In this document: positions 37,904-42,613 of the stretch, piece by piece
How positions within the stretch are numbered: the stretch's first letter is position 1
How the letters are laid out: each line of letters begins with the position of its first letter
DNA from: a virus
Taxonomy: Duplodnaviria; Heunggongvirae; Uroviricota; Caudoviricetes
IMG/VR virus record: IMGVR_UViG_2703718839_000008
Length of the DNA stretch: 42,613 bases
Reading direction: 5' to 3' (one strand)
Notes under the pieces: generated by a model
The model's database searches: none
What the model was told of the DNA's origin: nothing
Seen by the model: the letters and a program-made list of their open reading frames with translations, nothing else
Position numbers and translations under genes: made by a program

Positions 37904-38468
37904 CATCCGGCGCGGTGCTCGTATCTGTTGCCGTCGCCGCGTCAATGTAATCAAGCACGGCGTTAAGCCGGGTGGTTTCTGCCTGCGTCAGCTTCCGCCC
38001 GGCCTGTAATTTCAGCTGAATCAGACTGATGGAAGCCATTGCAGCATCAATCAGTGACTGGCGCTGTGCTTCTGCCGCTTCTACTGCGGCACCGTGTTGT
38101 GCCTCAGTATCTGTCACCCATTTCTCACCATCCCATTTATCATATGGCGTTAACGGTGAAAGCGTGACATAACCGTTTTTGATGGCACCGATATAATCCA
38201 CTGTAACAGCAGCACCATTTTCGATTGAGTAAACAGTCTCATTGCGATGGTCTTCTTCATGGCTCCATCCCTTACCTGTAAATACTGCCACTCTTCCCGG
38301 AATGTTTTCGCCAGGGTCAATACCAGTGGAACAGGCGGGCATACTTACGCCAGTATTAATATATTCATCAGACCAGCCCGTATACTCAGATGTTTCAGCA
38401 TCATAATAAAAACAACGCATATCGCCCGGCACTGTAGCCAGCCCATTTTCATCAAAAACAGGTTTCAT
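37875..38468 (-). CDS. Alternative tail fibre assembly protein, opposite orientation
   Basis: Convergent with and overlapping the plus-strand Tfa gene; C-terminal ...LDYIDAATATDTSTAPDVIWP motif. Confidence 0.7.
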   Translation of the reverse strand: MKPVFDENGLATVPGDMRCFYYDAETSEYTGWSDEYINTGVSMPACSTGIDPGENIPGRVAVFTGKGWSHEEDHRNETVYSIENGAAVTVDYIGAIKNGYVTLSPLTPYDKWDGEKWVTDTEAQHGAAVEAAEAQRQSLIDAAMASISLIQLKLQAGRKLTQAETTRLNAVLDYIDAATATDTSTAPDVIWPELPEA

Positions 38469-38925
38469 TATTTAGCCCTCACCAGAAAGTTAAATGCAAT
38501 ATTTCGCGGTCTGACAGCAACAAAATTCACACCATCACCCACAGAGTTACTGGTGAAATTAAATCGTGAAAATCCTGGCTGATTTCCGGCGATGCCATCA
38601 TGAAAGTTAATTGCGTGTCCCGCACCTCCGCCTATATTCCCGGCAAACTGAGAAAAGTTTGTAGCTTCCTGCCAGCTTAATAATTCGCGACCACCATCGG
38701 CACCTCGCCCGTCATCCCAGATACGAATGAAATCACCGCGGGCTTCAGGTAATACCAGTGAAGGAAACACTTTCGCCAGCACAGGGTAATCAGAGGCAGA
38801 AAATTTCGCCCCGTTGAACTTCAAAAACACCATACTGGACCAGCTGTCGATTACAGTATTTGGCATTGCAGCGGACGGCCAGAAGAACGGAACGCCAATA
38901 GCTGGAGCACCTTCTCCCAAACCAA
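38468..38925 (-). CDS. Alternative variable tail-fibre C-terminal segment, start-less, expressed only after inversion
   Basis: Reads from the right recombination site as LGLGEGAPAIG..., joining in frame to ...ENLGLGE; no own start codon. Confidence 0.65.
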
Positions 38926-38934
38926 CCTTTCAAA
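38912..38934. repeat. Right inverted-repeat recombination site of the invertible segment
   Basis: ttctcccaaaccaacctttcaaa; reverse complement matches the left site with few mismatches. Confidence 0.6.
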
Positions 38935-38996
38935 TATTTTTCTGAATCAGGTGATATTTCGCCTCTTCTCCTGTTTTTACAACAGGAGAAGCACTC

Positions 38997-39560
38997 ATGA
39001 TTTACGGGTATGTTCGTGTATCAACAAATCATCAGGATACAGAGTTGCAACGTCTTGCACTTGAGTCAGCTGGCTGTGAGCGAATTTATGAAGAATATGC
39101 CAGTGGCAGAACAGCTAATCGCCCTGTGTTAAAGGAATTAATTACGGTGATGAAAAGTGGAGATGAGTTGATTGTCTGGAAGTTAGATCGGATAGGGAGA
39201 AATGTGCTGCATGCGCTATTGATGTTTCAAAATCTGCACGAAAAAGGTGTTAATTTTCGGAGTATTACAGATGGCGTAGACCTGAAAACAGCAAGTGGTC
39301 GCTATAATTTCCGTAATATTCTTTCTGCTGCGCAGTATGAATCTGATTTGAATAGCGAGCGAACTTTAGCTGGTTTGGCTATTGCCAGATCCAAAGGCCG
39401 GATTGGTGGGCGTAGACCGAAGTTTAGCGACGAGCAGTGGCAACAGATGGGAGCGATCATAGCGGCAGGGAAATCACGGCGTTATGTTGCACGTATCTAT
39501 AACGTTGGGCTATCAACCCTATATAAACGATTTCCTGTTACTGGCATTCAAACGAAATAA
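38997..39560 (+). CDS. pin: Serine DNA invertase (Pin/Gin/Hin family)
   Basis: MIYGYVRVSTNHQDTELQ... catalytic Ser, resolvase domain and C-terminal HTH; adjacent to the invertible segment; AGGAGA RBS. Confidence 0.85.
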   Translation: MIYGYVRVSTNHQDTELQRLALESAGCERIYEEYASGRTANRPVLKELITVMKSGDELIVWKLDRIGRNVLHALLMFQNLHEKGVNFRSITDGVDLKTASGRYNFRNILSAAQYESDLNSERTLAGLAIARSKGRIGGRRPKFSDEQWQQMGAIIAAGKSRRYVARIYNVGLSTLYKRFPVTGIQTK

Positions 39561-39703
39561 TTTAAAAGCAATTTAAAGAGTTATTTGTCTAATGTTGGAA
39601 GCCGCAGCCACGTCGTATGCAAGAACGTGCTGCGGCTGGCTGGCGAACTTTCGATAGTGCGAGTATTGAATGATTTCCAGCCGTTACCGATTTTACGTGT
39701 TAA

Positions 39704-39952
39704 TTAGTGAACAAACCACTCGTCAGCAGATTCCCAGGTATCTTTCAGAGTCTCCTGAACAAAAGTTTTTGCAGAATCCTTATCTGCGGTGCGTGTAACA
39801 GAAAGGCCATCGTTGCTGGTGGCTTTTACGATCACCTCTACATCGTCATAACGTTTACTGATGCGTCGGGTTAATTCTTCCTTTAACGCATCCACAGCAC
39901 CGGTTGGCATTTTAGTCATTTTTTCTTTGGCTATGCAGATTTCAATACGCAT
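39704..39952 (-). CDS. DinI-like protein
   Basis: [11 protein letters not shown]...LKEELTRRI...[16 protein letters not shown] matches the DinI-family pattern; two LexA boxes upstream. Confidence 0.7.
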   Translation of the reverse strand: MRIEICIAKEKMTKMPTGAVDALKEELTRRISKRYDDVEVIVKATSNDGLSVTRTADKDSAKTFVQETLKDTWESADEWFVH

Positions 39953-39965
39953 AAAAGTCCCTCTA

Positions 39966-39985
39966 TACTGTGTTTGTATACAGTA
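39966..39985. promoter_or_regulatory. LexA (SOS) box 1
   Basis: TACTGTGTTTGTATACAGTA, a perfect CTGT-N8-ACAG palindrome. Confidence 0.75.
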
Positions 39986-39993
39986 TTATTTTT

Positions 39994-40013
39994 AACTGTA
40001 TAGATAAACAGTG
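39994..40013. promoter_or_regulatory. LexA (SOS) box 2
   Basis: AACTGTATAGATAAACAGTG, CTGT-N8-ACAG. Confidence 0.7.
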
Positions 40014-41111
40014 TCAAGAGGCCTTATTTCTGCTCCTTTGGAGCTCTTCAAAACGATTATGTAAAGATTTCGGATACAGTTCGGTATATACCTGCCATAG
40101 CACGTTTAATGAACGATGCCCTGTAACCTGGGCGACTTCCTCAATACTAAAACCAGCCTCAAATAAGCGACTTGCCCCTTCTCTACGCAAATCATGGTAT
40201 CGCAGATCTTTAATACCTAATTTGCTTCTTACCCTCTGGAATCCCGCAGTAACAGAAGTGCTGTTATATGGAAAAATGAATTCTGATTTTTTGGGTTGTC
40301 GTTGGACGATATCCCAGGCTTCCCCAAGCAAGGCTACTTTCATATGGTTGCCTTCCTTTTTACGTGGATCTTTCCTGTCTCTTACGAGTATGGATTTTTG
40401 TTCCTGATCGAGATCCTCCCATCGTAATCGGCATACTTCACCGATTCGCATACATGACCACACAGAAAATTTGAGGATATCAACGAACGGAATTTTTGAG
40501 CATTTATGTGTAGATCGTTGTTGAAGACCTTCAATGAGCATGTCCAGTTCATCAGATGCCGGTCTACGATTACGACGATTTGATTTACCAATTAAACCAA
40601 GTTTAAGTAGATATGGACGAGCGGCTTTTGCTGGGTTTGATGTGTAATTAATTCCATATACAGGTTTGGCAGCATCCAGAACACTGCCAAGATAACTAAC
40701 ATCGTGGCTAACTGTAGCTGGACCTGCACCAGCGTTGTTTCTTAGCCTGCAATGTTCAATTACGTCATTTTCTGTCAGTTCAGATAGTTTGAGCGCGGAG
40801 ACGTCACTATCCATAAGCAGTTCCAGCACATATCTTTTAGTACGGCCTGCTTTACCTCCGGCATTTGGGTCATTTAAATATTTGTGTAGTAAGTCACGGA
40901 CTGTAAGTCCGTCAACTGCATTTGATGATGGAATGCCATATAGATCTAATTCCATCACTTTCTGTGTGCCCCATGTTTTGGCATGAGCATGTTTAGGGAA
41001 TGTTTTACTTTCCCTGTAAGTGATAACACCTTTTTCTTTGATAATCACATTACAGCGATAGCGTGGTGTGCCATCGGATTTTAGTCGTTTCTCTATGTTA
41101 TAGTATGCCAT
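40014..41111 (-). CDS. int: Tyrosine integrase (dusA-targeting type)
   Basis: 365 aa with C-terminal tyrosine recombinase catalytic region (R..H..R..Y); adjacent to attR within dusA. Confidence 0.85.
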   Translation of the reverse strand: MAYYNIEKRLKSDGTPRYRCNVIIKEKGVITYRESKTFPKHAHAKTWGTQKVMELDLYGIPSSNAVDGLTVRDLLHKYLNDPNAGGKAGRTKRYVLELLMDSDVSALKLSELTENDVIEHCRLRNNAGAGPATVSHDVSYLGSVLDAAKPVYGINYTSNPAKAARPYLLKLGLIGKSNRRNRRPASDELDMLIEGLQQRSTHKCSKIPFVDILKFSVWSCMRIGEVCRLRWEDLDQEQKSILVRDRKDPRKKEGNHMKVALLGEAWDIVQRQPKKSEFIFPYNSTSVTAGFQRVRSKLGIKDLRYHDLRREGASRLFEAGFSIEEVAQVTGHRSLNVLWQVYTELYPKSLHNRFEELQRSRNKAS

Positions 41112-41199
41112 TACACGACCTCGTTATTTCGGGTTCCCATAAAACGTGGGAACCTGTGCGGGAACCTAACGCGAGAAAAATAGCCTGAAATGTTCAAAA

Positions 41200-42237
41200 A
41201 TGCACGATAATCATGAAACACAAAAAATTAATCAAACCAGCGTGATGCCTGAAAAAACTGGTGTTTACTGGAATTCTCGGTTTAGCATTGCTCCTATGCT
41301 CGACTGGACGGACAGACATTGCCGCTATTTCTTGCGTCTGCTTTCCCGCAATACGTTGCTGTATACCGAAATGGTGACCACAGGGGCGATTATTCACGGT
41401 AAAGGTGATTATCTGGCGTACAGTGAAGAAGAACATCCGGTAGCGTTGCAACTGGGCGGTAGCGATCCGGCGGCGCTGGCGCAGTGTGCAAAGCTGGCAG
41501 AAGCGCGCGGATATGATGAGATCAACCTGAATGTCGGCTGCCCGTCTGACCGGGTGCAGAACGGCATGTTTGGTGCGTGTCTGATGGGTAATGCGCAGCT
41601 GGTTGCCGACTGCGTGAAAGCGATGCGCGATGTGGTGTCGATTCCGGTGACGGTGAAAACGCGTATTGGCATCGACGACCAGGACAGCTATGAATTTCTC
41701 TGCGATTTCATCAATACCGTTTCCGGCAAAGGCGAGTGTGAGATGTTCATCATCCACGCACGTAAAGCCTGGCTTTCGGGGTTAAGCCCGAAAGAAAACC
41801 GTGAAATCCCGCCGCTCGATTATCCGCGTGTGTATCAACTGAAGCGTGACTTTCCGCATCTGACAATGTCGATTAACGGTGGTATCAAGTCGCTGGAAGA
41901 GGCCAAAGCACACCTGCAACATATGGATGGCGTGATGGTCGGGCGCGAGGCGTATCAGAATCCGGGTATTCTGGCGGCGGTAGACCGGGAGATCTTTGGT
42001 TCCTCGGATACCGATGCCGATCCGGTGGCGGTAGTGCGCGCCATGTATCCGTACATTGAGCGTGAACTCAGCCAGGGGACGTATCTCGGCCATATTACCC
42101 GGCATATGTTGGGCTTGTTCCAGGGTATTCCTGGCGCGCGGCAGTGGCGGCGTTATTTAAGTGAAAATGCCCATAAAGCGGGTGCAGACATTAATGTGCT
42201 GGAACACGCGCTCAAACTGGTGGCGGATAAGCGTTAA
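41200..42237 (+). CDS. dusA: tRNA-dihydrouridine synthase A, intact, with phage-supplied 5' end
   Basis: 345 aa; [63 protein letters not shown]... Dus-family TIM barrel. Confidence 0.9.
   Translation: MHDNHETQKINQTSVMPEKTGVYWNSRFSIAPMLDWTDRHCRYFLRLLSRNTLLYTEMVTTGAIIHGKGDYLAYSEEEHPVALQLGGSDPAALAQCAKLAEARGYDEINLNVGCPSDRVQNGMFGACLMGNAQLVADCVKAMRDVVSIPVTVKTRIGIDDQDSYEFLCDFINTVSGKGECEMFIIHARKAWLSGLSPKENREIPPLDYPRVYQLKRDFPHLTMSINGGIKSLEEAKAHLQHMDGVMVGREAYQNPGILAAVDREIFGSSDTDADPVAVVRAMYPYIERELSQGTYLGHITRHMLGLFQGIPGARQWRRYLSENAHKAGADINVLEHALKLVADKR
41296..41304. other. attR core within the reconstituted dusA 5' end
   Basis: atgctcgac shared with the left junction; upstream differs at several codons from the displaced host 5' end. 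Confidence 0.55.
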
Positions 42238-42370
42238 CTTTTCACCAAAAAGTAGTCAAATTCACCACGCCCTGCGCACCGTCGCGGGGCGTTTTGCTGT
42301 TAAATCAATAGATTATTTTTGGCATGATTCTTGTAATGCCAGCAAGAGATTTCATATTTGGGAGAGCATC

Positions 42371-42613
42371 ATGCTGGAACTACTTTTTGTGATTGGCTTT
42401 TTTGTCATGCTGATGGTCACCGGCGTTTCGTTGCTGGGCATTATCGCCGCGCTGGTTGTGGCGACGGCCATTATGTTCCTCGGCGGTATGCTGGCATTGA
42501 TGATTAAGTTGCTGCCGTGGTTACTACTGGCGATTGCGGTGGTGTGGGTTATTAAGGCGATTAAAGCACCAAAAGTGCCGAAATATCAGCGTTATGACCG
42601 CTGGCGTTACTAA
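42371..42613 (+). CDS. pspG: Phage shock protein G
   Basis: MLELLFVIGFFVMLMVTGVSLLGIIAALVVATAIMFLGG... 80 aa membrane protein downstream of dusA; GGAGAG RBS. The longer ORF-track extension upstream is not used. Confidence 0.8.
   Translation: MLELLFVIGFFVMLMVTGVSLLGIIAALVVATAIMFLGGMLALMIKLLPWLLLAIAVVWVIKAIKAPKVPKYQRYDRWRY

Larger units (their letters stand above)
1176..41304. mobile_element. Integrated temperate prophage (lambdoid regulation, HK97-like head, Mu-like tail), dusA-integrating
   Basis: Bounded by duplicated dusA 5' segments; tyrosine integrase at the right end next to reconstituted dusA; complete immunity, replication, lysis, packaging, head and tail modules. Confidence 0.85.

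Noticed and set aside
42161-42370. Upstream 70-codon extension of pspG in the ORF track
   Set aside because: The conserved PspG membrane protein begins at MLELLF with a GGAGAG RBS; the extension spans the dusA-pspG intergenic region.
1-42613. CRISPR arrays or tRNA/rRNA genes
   Set aside because: No regularly spaced short direct repeats with unique spacers, and no tRNA-like T-arm or acceptor structure were seen by eye in the non-coding gaps.

Overview
The window is a roughly 40 kb, apparently complete temperate prophage (about 1176-41304) inserted into the 5' end of dusA in an E. coli-like chromosome. Host flank is a 235-aa gene (1-708), a displaced 40-codon dusA 5' remnant (1071-1193), and on the right the reconstituted dusA (41200-42237) plus pspG (42371-42613). 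The phage is mosaic: lambdoid regulation (LexA/CI-type repressor 7351-8004 between mirror-image OL/pL and OR/pR, Cro-like, CII-like, O-like initiator with internal iterons, RusA, KilA-N, DUF968, Q antiterminator with PR'/tR', holin, lambda R-like endolysin, Rz/Rz1), an HK97-like packaging and head module (HNH, TerS, TerL, portal, protease, capsid), and a Mu-like contractile tail (sheath, tube, frameshifted chaperone, tape measure, baseplate) ending in an invertible tail-fibre segment with a Pin/Gin-type invertase. The leftward early operon resembles the CPS-53 yfdPQRS block by protein sizes and order (120/274/178/120 aa). Candidate accessory loci not explained by the core modules are: a phage LexA DNA-binding-domain-only protein together with a DinI-like gene behind two SOS boxes; a GC-rich structured leader and two convergent small ORFs beside the repressor; an AT-rich secreted-protein moron inside the tail module; a GNAT-like cargo gene at the left end; and two orphan DNA methyltransferases. 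All calls rest on reading the sequence and recalled family motifs; no database searches were run.
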